Positions 43,446 to 55,791 of a DNA stretch of 64,000 nt are shown piece after piece. The notes below the pieces were generated by a model, which saw only the letters and a program-made list of their open reading frames with translations, made no database searches and had not been told where the DNA came from. The DNA comes from Octopus vulgaris (lineage: Eukaryota). Positions within the stretch are counted from its first letter, which is position 1; each line of letters begins with the position of its first letter. Both the position numbers and the translations under genes were made by a program. The stretch is taken from assembly GCA_951406725.2 (NCBI GenBank), contig OX597818.1, positions 32,240,001-32,304,000 of the forward strand, given 5' to 3'.

Positions 43446-43663
43446 GAGCGCATATTCCGGTGCTAGGTGTGCGCTGCACACCCATAAAAAATGGCAAATT
43501 CCTTATAAACACTACAAGTTTGGACAGAATAAGAACGAACACTGTTTGTAAGCTTAATTTGAGTAATACTAGTGTTAGTCATAGTATGGTCAGTGTGGCA
43601 GCACACCCAATCACAACTACCATACGCCACTGATATATAATATCTTTCAAACAAATTTTTGAC

Positions 43664-43724
<61 letters not shown>

Positions 43725-44194
43725 TTTAAATAGCTGATGGTTTCCACTCCATCTACCTTTCTTCATTTTCTTTTCTATATTGCTATTTAAAGTTTGACCG
43801 GCGATAAAGGAATCTAGAAGAATAAGCATGCACTTTTACCAAGAATACGACATAAGGGAATAGGATATTGCATCTCTGATTACGGGATAGTAATAATTAA
43901 TTTTCTTGGCTTATAGATCCTCCTAAAGCCAGCAATTACATAGCTGATTGCATAGTGTTAGCTGCATGACAAGAAAATTTAGTAAACGTACCTTTCTTCG
44001 GCAAGTGGAGATACTAGAAATTCTGATATGAATTTAAAACTGAGCTATTACGTTCATAGACAGGCATTATGAAGTAATGGTTTATGAAGTAGTAGCTGGT
44101 TGTCTTTATCTTTATCTTATCCATACGGCAAGCATACATGCATGAGTAAAAACTCAAGTTACACACGCACAAGCACACACGACGTTTGTGTATG

Positions 44195-44265
<71 letters not shown>

Positions 44266-44516
44266 AACATGTATATGTATATTTGGGTGGTGTCAAGGGC
44301 AAGTCTTTGTACTTAAGCCAGTATACGCGGTTATAAAAATCAAGGCCATATAATTGAAGCAGGGTACATCTAGCATGTATGTACCCCCTTTACAACCGTG
44401 TCTCGTAAAATATGAATGATTTATATTAAAATCTGATTTGTTATTTACATTTATTTATGTATCTTCGGTATGCATTGCATGCTCTGCATTCAAGCAGGAA
44501 ACGCCAAACACACGCA

Positions 44517-44584
<68 letters not shown>

Positions 44585-45254
44585 GAGACAGCCATAAGTT
44601 ATATATATTTAAACAAAAAAATACATAACTCTATGCATCTTTACATTCATCCAGCCATTACTTTATCTTTTGTTATTGCCAACTTCCGGGATTCAGTCGT
44701 TTTCTTTCATCACCATGTTATCTGCAGGTTTGTTTATGTCTTTGAATAGTTCCATCTCAGGGAGTTAAACCAGAGAAAAAAAAGCAACAAAAAAAAGAAG
44801 AAAAGAAAGAAAAAAACACTTCCTCCTTTTCCCATTTTTTTTTTCCTTATCCACCATCTTAACATTCTGAATGCATGTTGGTTAAATCATAACTAGCTTG
44901 TTTGATACAATGTTCTAACCGGCTGCCGAATAGCATAACTACCCCACCTCTCAAAACATCTGGCTCCTGCTTGTCAACATATGTAGCTGTATGTGTGAGT
45001 GATGTGAATGCGTTCTTGTATGAGTCGGAACAACTTCTTGTATACAAATGCAAACTGAAGCAGAGAAAAGCTAGTGAGATGTATTTCTATCAAACGAAAC
45101 TAGGAAGGAACTGGACAGAAGGCAGAAAAACCTAATTCTGTTGAATATAGGAGAAGCAGAACCAACCTCCTCTCACACGAACACGCTCCTACTTTGTTGT
45201 ATTGCGTAGGTCAGTTGAGCACAGCAGTTAAACCTTTTGTAGTAAACGTAGCAC

Positions 45255-45465
45255 GAATGAATCGATCCCAGTACTTATGTCTCCTTTCAGCCTGGTACTT
45301 ATTCTATCGGTCTCTTTCGCCAAATTGTGTGACATAAACACACCCACACCGGTTGTCAAGCGGTGGTAGGGTACAAACGCTTGATCAAGTTGCTACGCTG
45401 TGGAACTGAATTCGTAACCATATGCGAGGGAACAAGCTTCTTGCCACACATCCAGACCTGTGCCA
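45255..45465 (-). mobile_element. SINE family A, internally deleted
   Basis: GGTACTTATTCTATCGGTCTC..CGGTTGTCAAGCGGTG..GCTTCTTGCCACAC. Confidence 0.7.
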
Positions 45466-45589
45466 ATCAGCCGAAATTGCGAGGATGATCCGGTTCTTGA
45501 CTGAAGATCGAAGGCTTCGAATGTCCCGTCCGTGTTTTTTGTATCGTCTTCTAAATGTTTTGCGTTCTTGTCCCAGTTTGTATTTATAA

Positions 45590-45627
45590 ATATATATATA
45601 CATACATACATACATACGTACATATAT

Positions 45628-45694
<67 letters not shown>

Positions 45695-45711
45695 CATACA
45701 TATATACAAAC

Positions 45712-45784
<73 letters not shown>

Positions 45785-45905
45785 TATATATATATATATA
45801 GATATATATTCATATATATATATATATCATATATATATATATATATTCATATATATATATTCATATATATATATTCATATATATATATATATTCATATAT
45901 ATATA

Positions 45906-45941
<36 letters not shown>

Positions 45942-46037
45942 TATATATATATTCATATATATACATATTCATATATATATATATATATATATATTCATAT
46001 ATATTCATATATATATATATATATATATTCATATATA

Positions 46038-46075
<38 letters not shown>

Positions 46076-46321
46076 TATATATATATATATTCATATATAT
46101 TCATATATATATATATTCATATATATTCATATATATATATATTCATATATATTCATATATATATATATATTCATATATATTCATATATATATATATTCAT
46201 ATATATTCATATATATCATATATATCATATATATTCATATATACATATATTCATATATACATATATTCATATATATTCATATATATTCATATATATTCAT
46301 ATATATTCATATATATATATA

Positions 46322-46371
<50 letters not shown>

Positions 46372-46372
46372 T

Positions 46373-46404
<32 letters not shown>

Positions 46405-46428
46405 CATATATATATATATATATATATA
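45590..46428. repeat. About 840-bp (TA)n array punctuated by TTC (ATATTCAT-type)
   Basis: Direct reading; generates the 303-aa pseudo-ORF. Confidence 0.95.
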
Positions 46429-46781
46429 GGTTACTTACGTACCATGTCGAAATCTGTATGAAATAATGTCTAAATATAAATATGTAATGTGAAGTGAATG
46501 CAAATCATAGTCACTGAATCGTTTACAAAGAGTGAATGAGATTAAAATAGAAGTAAAATAATAATGATAATAATAATAATAATAAACAATGTGTTCAACT
46601 GTGTGTCTTCTATTTGAATATGTTTAATACGAAGACGAAAGAGAATCACCCTGTACGATTTGACAATATACACCGCACCTTAATGAAAAGATATATTTAT
46701 TCTAAAATAACCTGTAACACTGAGTCCTTTTTCTTTATTTATCGTGTACATTCAATATTAAAGACATTAATATACTGGCAA

Positions 46782-47162
46782 AGGCGGCGAGCTGGCAGAA
46801 ACGGTAGCACAACGGGCGAAATGCGTAGCCGTATTTCGTCTTTCTTTATGTTCTGAGTTCAAATTCCGCCGAGGTCAACTTTGCCTTTCATCCTTTCGGG
46901 GTCGATTAAATAAGTACCAGTTACGCACTGGGGTCGATGTAATCGACTTAATCCATTTGTCTGTTCTTGTTTGTCCTCTCTGTGTTTATCCCCTTGTGGG
47001 TAGTAAAGAAATATGTATTTCGTCTGTCTTTATGTTCTGAGTTCAAATTCCGCCGATGTCGACCTTGCCTTTCATCCTTTCGCGTTCGATAAATTAAGTA
47101 CCAGCTGTGTACTGAAGTCGATCTAATCGACTGGCTCCCTCCCCTTAAATTTCGGGCCGTGT
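46782..47162 (+). mobile_element. Dimeric SINE family B element
   Basis: GTTCTGAGTTCAAATTCCGCCGA..GCCTTTCATCCTTTCG occurs twice, with different tails. Confidence 0.9.
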
Positions 47163-47381
47163 GTGTGTATATGTTTGTATGTCTGTGTTTGTCCCCCTAA
47201 CATCGCTGGTCTACCGATGCTGGTGTGTTTACGTCCCCGTAACTTAGCGGTTTGGCAAAAGAAACCGATAGAATAAGTACTAGGATTACAAATAATAAGT
47301 CCTGGGGTCGATTTGATTGACTAAAGGCGGTGCTCCAGCATGGCCACAGTCAAATAAATGACTGAAACAAGTAAAAGAGTA
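47163..47381 (+). mobile_element. SINE family A 3' half
   Basis: TGTTTGTCCCCC..GAAACAAGTAAAAGAGT. Confidence 0.9.
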
Positions 47382-47405
47382 TATATATATATATATATAT
47401 ATATG

Positions 47406-47720
47406 TCACCTTGACCGACCAGTCCGTCAGGCGTCCATTTGACACCGCTGGTCACAGCACGCTGTCTACTCTTCTCTGGATCTCGCCTTTCTCATCCACG
47501 TGATCCCAATCGTCCTCCTGAAATCGTAACTCCACCGTCGTGGAGGTCTTCCGGGTGGTCTTTTCTGCTCGCGCGAGTACCACTCGACAACTGTGTGCGT
47601 CCACCGATTATCGGTGAGCCGCACGACGTGTCCAGCCCATCTATACTTGCTGCGTGTCTACTCTGCGATGACATCTCTCACGCCGGACTTCTTTCTGATG
47701 ATCTCGCTACTTATGTGCAC
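47406..47720 (-). mobile_element. 5'-truncated RTE-clade LINE 3' end (two premature stops)
   Basis: Read-through of ORF 47658-47945: HISSEIIRKKSGVRDVIAE*TRSKYRWAGHVVRLTDNRWTHTVVEWYSREQKRPPGRPPRRWSYDFRRTIGITWMRKARSREE*TACCDQRCQMDA*. WAGHV.R and KR..GRP..RW are typical RTE C-terminal motifs. Confidence 0.9.
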
Positions 47721-47726
47721 ATAAGA

Positions 47727-47772
<46 letters not shown>

Positions 47773-48286
47773 GAATGTATGCATATTTGTATGTGAGTGT
47801 GCGTCTGAACACACATATACACATGTGTGGGTGTATGTGCGCACGTGTTTATTGGCGTGTGTAATTTTTGAAAATCTACCAAAATGCTAGATAGGGCTTT
47901 TGAGGAGAGCAGAATCCACTCTGGGAGCTCTATCTGCTGCATCATCCTGAAACTTAAGTAGCAAATGCTTGGCTTGTCTACTTAAATAAAGACCATATCC
48001 ATCTCTTCTATGCGCATTAAATTCTCTCTGCTTGAACGTTTTAACTCACTTGATGTTAATACACATACAAACACCCATATGCGCGCGCGCGCGAATTAAA
48101 CGTATACCCGTGATGCTCAAATTTCAACATCCCGATGGAGATATTACATTGAGGAAGTGCACGGTTTTAAAGAATGATACAGCATACAGCAGCAATCGTT
48201 TAACTCGAAAAATATTTAAAACCCTTAAGAAAGAAAGAAAAATATAAGATGTGGGTTGTGAGCCGATCTAAAACTTTATCATGAAC

Positions 48287-48427
48287 AGCGGTTCGGCAAA
48301 AGAGACCGATAGAATAAGTACTGGGCTTACAAAGAATAAGTCCCGGGGTCGATTTGCTCGACTAAAGGTGGTGCTCCAGCATGGCCGCAGTCAAATGACT
48401 GAAACAAGTAAAAGAGTAAAAGAGTAA
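48287..48427 (+). mobile_element. SINE family A 3' fragment
   Basis: AGCGGTTCGGCAAAAGAGACCG..GTAAAAGAGTAAAAGAGT. Confidence 0.9.
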
Positions 48428-48475
48428 CCGACATATGCGTAAGATTTTGAATAAATGTATGTGTATATATTTGTG

Positions 48476-48537
<62 letters not shown>

Positions 48538-48671
48538 ATATGTATGTATGTATGTATATATGTATGTATGTATGTATGTATATATCTATGTATACACACA
48601 CTCACGTATATAGGTATTTAGGTATGCACACAGACACTCATACATAGATGTATGTATTTTAATACACATTT

Positions 48672-48714
<43 letters not shown>

Positions 48715-49451
48715 TATACGTTTGGATACATACACACTTACGTGTGCAAATATATAGCTAAGAATATTCATGTGTATGCATGTGCGTATTTTTGTGGTAT
48801 AATAACACAGACACGCACACATGTATCCTTGTGAGTGTTTGCGTCTGTATGTATATATATGTGATACACACATATAATAACAATAGGCAAACATATATCT
48901 GTGTAAAAACGTGTACAGTATACCTCGAAAAGGTAAACTAAGGCATTCAGTTAAAAGAAAATGTTCATTTATCATTTTTTTTTCTTGCCCTTTTTAAATG
49001 GAAAAGCATAAAACCGAGTCAGCTTTGAACCACATTCCACTTATTTGTTTACTTATCTATTTATTTGTTTGAAATAAATTCCATTCATGACACAGAAGAA
49101 TCTGTTACCTGTCAGAATATTCTGGTTGGTTGTCAGTTATAATATATTATATACCGCCTTAGTTATTATTCAGTGGTGTGTCAGAAAAGTTGGTCATCAC
49201 AACGCTCTCCTTCAGTGAAGAGATTTTTATAACATGCTAAAGACTTAATGTCTAAGTTTATTTTTCTCGCCGATATATTATAGATTTACACACGCACAAA
49301 AAAAGAAAACAGCCCCCAAAAGACAATAGATGATTTTAATATCTACTATCTGGTTTAAGTCTATTTATATAACTAGACAATTCTTTTCTCTGAGAAATTG
49401 AAACGAATCCATTATCGTTACATTATATTTAGAAATATTACATTGTAACTT

Positions 49452-49748
49452 GTGGGGGCGCAATGGCCCAATGTTTAGGGCAGCGGTCGTAGGATCGCGG
49501 TTTCGATTCCCAGACCGGGCGTTGTGAGTGTTTATTGAGCGAAAACACCTAAAGCTCCACGAGGCTCCGGCAGGGGGTGGTGGTGATCCCTGTTGTACTC
49601 CTTCGCCACAACTTTCTGTCCCTCTTTCTTCTGTTGGCCTGCTCGCTTAGCCAGCGGGGTGGCGTTATTTGAAGGCTAAAACGATGCGAAGCGCATTGTG
49701 ACCAGCGATGTGTAGCAACATCTAATAGCCTGGTCGGTCACGGTGATC
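49452..49748 (+). mobile_element. SINE with C-type head and RTE-derived tail, 12-bp TSD
   Basis: First about 170 bp match family C, then a different body; ACATTGTAACTT at 49440-49451 and 49749-49760. Confidence 0.92.
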
Positions 49749-49753
49749 ACATT

Positions 49754-49902
49754 GTAACTTAGCGGTTCGGCAAAAAACACCGATAGAATAAGTACTAGGC
49801 TTACAGAGAATAAGTCCTGGGGTCGATTTGCTCGACTAAAAAGGCGGTGCTCCAGCATGGCCACAGTCAAATGACTGAAACAAGTAAAAGAGTAAAAGAG
49901 AG
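49754..49902 (+). mobile_element. SINE family A 3' fragment
   Basis: GTAACTTAGCGGTTCGG..GTAAAAGAG. Confidence 0.9.
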
Positions 49903-50579
49903 AATAATTGTCGAGTATATAACGAAATGTATGATTACCTTTCAGTTTCGTTAGAATATCTTCCTTTCTCTTTATTTTTTATGTTTATACGCTTGTAAAA
50001 TAATTAAAGTACGGAGTCAGCGTGAGTGGAGAAAAATTCTAAATGAACATGTACCTTATGCGAGCTTTTGGTAAATGTACATTAAATTTTGCTATGTAAA
50101 GTAGACGAGTAGATTAAGTCACAGAGTACCAACGGAGAATTAACGACAGCTCAATTTGACTAAATTTTCCTACGCAGTTGCAAGCCGATGCTTCTTTCCC
50201 ATAAGAATGCATGGTACTTTTATTCAGTATTGCCCCACACAGAACGTCAGCATTTCATTGACTTTTTCCACACGGCGTTATTCAAAAGCTCTCCATGTAT
50301 GACCATTCCATATTTTCCAAGCATATGCTCTTCGCCGTTATCCATGGCTTAAAAACTACGAGGTGGTTATAGTCGGAAAACTTTTTAAATGGATTGACAA
50401 ACTTAGAATGCTTTTAAAACCCGGTCAGTTATCAACGTATGCTCAAGCTATTTGTTCAGTCAAGTTATACATATATACATAGGGGAAGATTACCCCCTCC
50501 CCCCAAAAAATAAACGAAGACAGGTGGTGTAGACAACAAACAGATGTATTAGTATAACGCTCGGGAAATGAAAAAAGTA

Positions 50580-50615
50580 TTTAACGTTTCAAGCCTACGC
50601 TCTTCCACAGAAAGG
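50580..50615 (-). ncRNA. Putative minimal hammerhead-like motif (variant core)
   Basis: Minus strand reads CTTT-CTGTGGA-A-GAGC GTAG GCTT-GAAAC-GTT-AAA. Confidence 0.4.
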
Positions 50616-50740
50616 AACACAGAAAGAAACAAGGAGAGAAAATAAAGAATGTATAGTGGTTAGCGATCTGGCCATTTCATCATGTTGAACCGTTAATTCC
50701 TACATATTAGTTTTCTCTTTCCGTTTTTCCTCTCTCACTC

Positions 50741-50776
50741 CTTTCTGTCGAAGAGCGGAAGCTCGAAACGTCAAAA
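50741..50776 (+). ncRNA. Putative minimal hammerhead-like motif (variant core)
   Basis: CTTT-CTGTCGA-A-GAGC GGAA GCTC-GAAAC-GTC-AAAA: stem II, GAAA box, palindromic ACGT, GUC triplet. Confidence 0.45.
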
Positions 50777-51201
50777 ACTTTTCCTTTCTTCGCGAGCGTT
50801 AAACTATTATACTTGCTTGCTGTTCCTCCACCTGCCTTCGTCTTTTGCTTTCTGTAATTTTGAGCTATATGTATTTGTGTGTGTATGTGTTTGTGAGTGT
50901 GTGTGCGCACGCACGCACACACACACACATACTTGGCAGGTGTTAGGAAGTGCGGGGCCCAATTAGAGAATTGTTAGTGAAGCTCCTTTACTCTACAAAA
51001 TTGATGGAAATTGATGCTTTATACTTCGCGTAGTACGCCAGTCCCACCCAAAAAGCATTAAGGGCTTGAGGCTCCCCCTTTAGCCACTATGATATCCTGA
51101 AAATTCATCATAGCGTTCGTTGCTCAGGCGTGTGCGCAGGACACAGTTTGAACAAATTTGTCTAATTGTCTTAGAACTAACCCTACATAGAAACATACAT
51201 A

Positions 51202-51427
51202 CGAAGGGGTGCTGGAAAGTTCCTGACTTTGGGTAAAAGAAAATACGGGAGGATCAATTAATTATGATTTTATCTGAGTTTATCCAACATATTCCCCCTT
51301 CTCAGATTCACACACTTATTGCAGCGGTCCTTCAGTTTTTCTAAACCCTGGAAAAGAACTCTGAATGTTCGGCCCTCAGCCAGGCCTTTCGCGATACTCT
51401 TAAAGGCAGGAACTTTCCCCCACTTCG
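51202..51427 (-). mobile_element. Mariner deletion derivative with TA TSD
   Basis: TA-CGAAGGGGTGCTGGAAAGTTCCTG ... CAGGAACTTTCCCCCACTTCG-TA; minus strand FQGLEKLKDRCNKCVNLR resembles the mariner transposase C-terminus (GI.KL..RW.KC+..G.Y). Confidence 0.85.
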
Positions 51428-51434
51428 TAGATGC

Positions 51435-51509
<75 letters not shown>

Positions 51510-52248
51510 TTAATTGTCGGTACTGCTGATTTGTTTGAGAACTAGTAGTTTCTGCGTGTACATAATGGTTTCTGATATATGTTCATGAGCGTGTACGAAC
51601 ATCTTCAGATTTTTGAATATGCATCAGGTTTTAAATATTAGGACGTCGATGGTTATAAAAAACCAAACCGCAGTCGAAATTAGGATAGAAAGAAAAATAA
51701 GAAAAATAGACAGAAAACAAATCAAGACAGATTTATTTGTTAGAGTCTTTCCCGTTGTCAAAGACAATTCGTGATGAGAAACATCTTTCATCCAACAACA
51801 TGGTAAAGACGCCATGTTTAACTAGGTTGGGCTTAATGAGATTGCCCCGTCTCTGACTGACCACGTGATATATTTCTTGAGGAGGGGAAAAGGAACTTCG
51901 AATTATTAAGAGGTTAACAATGTTTTGCTTCTGAAATGTTATTTTTTGAAAACTCTTACCTCCTCATACATTTTTACGCACAAACACTCTCACGTCAGCA
52001 CTGTTAGCAGACTAGTTCTGTGACAGCACTTGCCATTTTTTTATGCTACTTCTTGTCACTAATAGCACTCGTAGTAATTGACTAACCAAACATTTAAGCT
52101 TTAAATGACTTTTTTTTAAAACATAATCCACTTCATCTATGTTTTTTTTTCTCTTCTTCAAACTGTTTCAGTATTTGCATGAAATGAAGTCCTCTCTTGA
52201 GCGTGTTGATCTCATCTCGTTTGATACTATTGCTCTGTACATCTATCG

Positions 52249-52326
<78 letters not shown>
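52249..52326. repeat. (TTA)n microsatellite
   Basis: Direct reading. Confidence 0.95.
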
Positions 52327-52328
52327 TA

Positions 52329-52535
52329 AGGTGGCGAGCTGGTAGAATCATTAGCACGCCGGGCGAAATGCTTAGTGGTATTTCTCCCGTCGCTACGTTC
52401 TGAGTTCAAATTCCGTCGAGGTCGATTTTGCTTTTCATCCTTTCGGGGTAGATAAATCAAGTACCAGTGAAACACTGGGGTCGACTCATCTCCTCCTCCT
52501 AAAATGGCTGCCCTTGTGACAATATTTGAAATCAT
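52329..52535 (+). mobile_element. SINE family B monomer (tail2 type)
   Basis: GGTGGCGAGCTGGTAGAATC..GAGTTCAAATTCCG..GCCCTTGTGAC. Confidence 0.9.
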
Positions 52536-52842
52536 TATTATCATTATTTTTTTTTTAATGACATAAAATGAAAGGAGAAGCTGATATATATATAAATTCT
52601 TATATTTTGATATTGATTTTCATCAACTCAATAGATATTTTCAACGGAGTTCACTTAGTAATCATAGCATTTCGCGGTACTCTGGGCAAATTTCTTTTTC
52701 TAAACCTCCGGGCCGACCAATACTTTGTGAGTGGAAAGGGTTGACGTACAAATATTCATCACAGATACTATATAGGTTTCAAATTTTTAGCACGAGGCCA
52801 GCAATTACGGGTTGGGGTAAGTTGATTACATCAACTCCAGTG

Positions 52843-53110
52843 CTGCTCATGAAATTTACGTGCAAACGGACGAGCACTCCTCAGATATGCGTCCCCTTAA
52901 CGTAGTTCTCGGGGAGATTCAGCGTGACACAGAATTTGACAAGGCTGCTTCTTTGGAATAGAGGTACAACTAATTTTTGTCAGTTGAATGAAGTGGAACA
53001 ACGCGAAATAAAGTGCCTTGCGCAAGGACATAACGCGCCACCGAGAATCGAACTCACGGCCCTACGATCGTGAGCCAAATACCATAATCACTAAGCCACG
53101 CACATTCACA
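52843..53110 (-). mobile_element. SINE with D-type head and C-type tail, between pieces of a B copy
   Basis: CCCTTAACGTAGTTCTCGGGGAGATTCAGCGTGACACAG (C tail) joined to GAAATAAAGTGCCTTGCGCAAGGACA..GAATCGAACTC..CACTAAGCCACG (D head). Confidence 0.8.
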
Positions 53111-53639
53111 GACGAAATACCGCGAAGCATTTCTACTTTATAGAAAGCTATTTGTACTTGTTTCACGTAGGAATAAACTTATAGTGACCAGTCTAGAGCA
53201 AGCATTTACAGTTTTAAAATATAAACATCAATACTTCATATTAAAGTCTGCTGAAGTTCTGTTCTCTGCATTCCATAATCTAGAGCACATAATCCAATTG
53301 TCGAATGAGTAACATAAAGAATTTACAGTATTCGAATTTGTAAGCGTGTTCTACTTCGAGGGCATGAAGAAGAAAAGGGGGTTAAAAAAAAGGAAAAAGT
53401 TGTTATTGAATGTATAAAGAAAATTAATGAAGGTATTATTATTCGTTGGTGATTTCTAAGGCATTGTGCTTTTTTGCTTAATTGATTTGCTTGCGTTTGT
53501 TTATAAACATTAAGACAAACATAAATAGAAAGGTATTTATATTTTGTTATTTTAATAATTTTTGATGTATAAATATTTAACATTGTATCATGTGTTTTAA
53601 TTTATTTGCTTTTCTCAACTATTCAAAGTGCATCTGATC

Positions 53640-53721
<82 letters not shown>

Positions 53722-53733
53722 ATATATATACAT

Positions 53734-53829
53734 ACAACTATGAGTGAGAATCCACTATGTGGACGCTCCCTTTGCAGATCTATATCTAGCGTAAGAGTGT
53801 CCACATAGTGGATTCTCTCTCATAGTTGT
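53734..53829. repeat. 96-bp hairpin-forming inverted repeat
   Basis: ACAACTATGAGTGAGAATCCACTATGTGGACGCTC versus GAGTGTCCACATAGTGGATTCTCTCTCATAGTTGT: 35-bp arms with 2 differences. Confidence 0.9.
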
Positions 53830-53936
53830 GTATTAATAATATTTACTGAATCTCATTCTTTTTATACGCTAGGCCACTGGTCTTTAAATTGATGTTATTA
53901 AATTAATATCCAATTTTTTCACACTCATTTTGACTT

Positions 53937-54036
<100 letters not shown>

Positions 54037-55312
54037 CAACTATATGTAAATGGATAGGTAGGTAGACCGGTTGATTGATTGCTAGAAAGATAGATGTTTA
54101 GAGAGTCATATATACATATATACATACATAATACATACATACATCAGAGACAAATTATAGAAATTAATGAATAGTGAACCATTACTTGGATATGGGGTGA
54201 GAGGGCAGATATACGAGTCAAGTTCTTGTTTGGTATATTTGTTATGTTGTGAGAAAAAGAAACAGAAATCATACTGGATGCCTTAAGGCAAACTTCGTTA
54301 TTCTTGAGGTTAGTTATATATCTTAAAATTGTCAGCTACGTTATCTACGTACTGTTGTCAGACTCGGCTTCATCCTTTATTGCTCTGAAATCAATGAAAC
54401 AAGAACCAGTTATAATATAGTATTGATTTACAAACTTGACATCCTGCTTAAGTAAGAATGAAAACATATACATCGTAAATAGATACATACGTCACATATT
54501 CTAAATTCTTGAACCAGTGTCTCTTCCTAGTTTAAATAGTTTCATGTATGCTGCTTTTACCATGGAGAACGAGATGTATTTCACAACCTCACATTTCATC
54601 CTATAAAAGAACTAATTTTGTTTCATAAAATATATATGTTATTTATTAAACAAGTATCCGCTGGATAGCATTTTATTTTTTTTTTTTTCTCCCTGGAACA
54701 TTTAACTACACTTGTCTCAGTAGGGTATGGTTTGGAGAATGCCATAGTTTCTGGGAAAACTCTGTCGATATTGCAGATGCCGGAATAATCTGCGCTATGA
54801 CCGAAACCTCATGGTTTGCGAGGAGAATCTAATGCCGTATCATTATGTGGTCTATATATACTGAATATATTTTGCCTCTGCAATATAACACACATTTACA
54901 CACACACACACACACATATATATACACACAATATTAGTGCAAGCACCGGTGTCACATAAGCTATTCAACCATGATGTTGATTATAATCAGAAAAACATGG
55001 TTTACAATGAATGTTGCTAATAGCTCTCTCTCAGTAATTTGGGGTCAATTAAACTAGATGAAGCACACATTTCGCACTTCATAAATCAATATATAAACCT
55101 TCAATATGATTTGTTCGTATTTGTCTACAGAAGTGTAAATAAACAGTGTTCGTGTGTACACGTTTCTTCAAATATGTGTATATATATATATTAAGACGAA
55201 CAAGATATTTCTGTACGTATACATCATAATCATATACACTTGGACGCGTATGTATATGCTTATAGCTGCAGACACGCGCACACAACACACACAGAGATAT
55301 TCTTACAATCTG

Positions 55313-55359
<47 letters not shown>

Positions 55360-55495
55360 ACGCACAAAGCATTCTGTATGTGTTGTATGTTTCTGGTTTG
55401 TGTGTTTGTGAGTGTGTTTATATGTACATACACACACACACACACGTATATATATATATACATACATATACATTTATATATATACATACATATAC

Positions 55496-55550
<55 letters not shown>

Positions 55551-55565
55551 CATATACATTTATAT

Positions 55566-55618
<53 letters not shown>

Positions 55619-55751
55619 CATTTATATATACATATATATATGCCTATATATGTGCATGTGTTTGTGTAATTATGTGTATATTAAGTGTGCAGTTTTATAT
55701 CAGTGCATTTCTCTGGTGTTTTTCCGTATGTTTGCCTATCTTATGAGTATT

Positions 55752-55791
<40 letters not shown>

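Larger units (their letters stand above)
50481..50867. mobile_element. Inverted pair of Penelope-like terminal repeats
   Basis: 50481-50645 (-) and 50710-50867 (+) are homologous to each other and to 34844-34960. Confidence 0.6.

Noticed and set aside
43443-43632. Possible hAT-like MITE (CAGGAGCGCAT ... ATACGCCACTG)
   Set aside because: The terminal match is weak and a TSD cannot be defined inside TA repeats.
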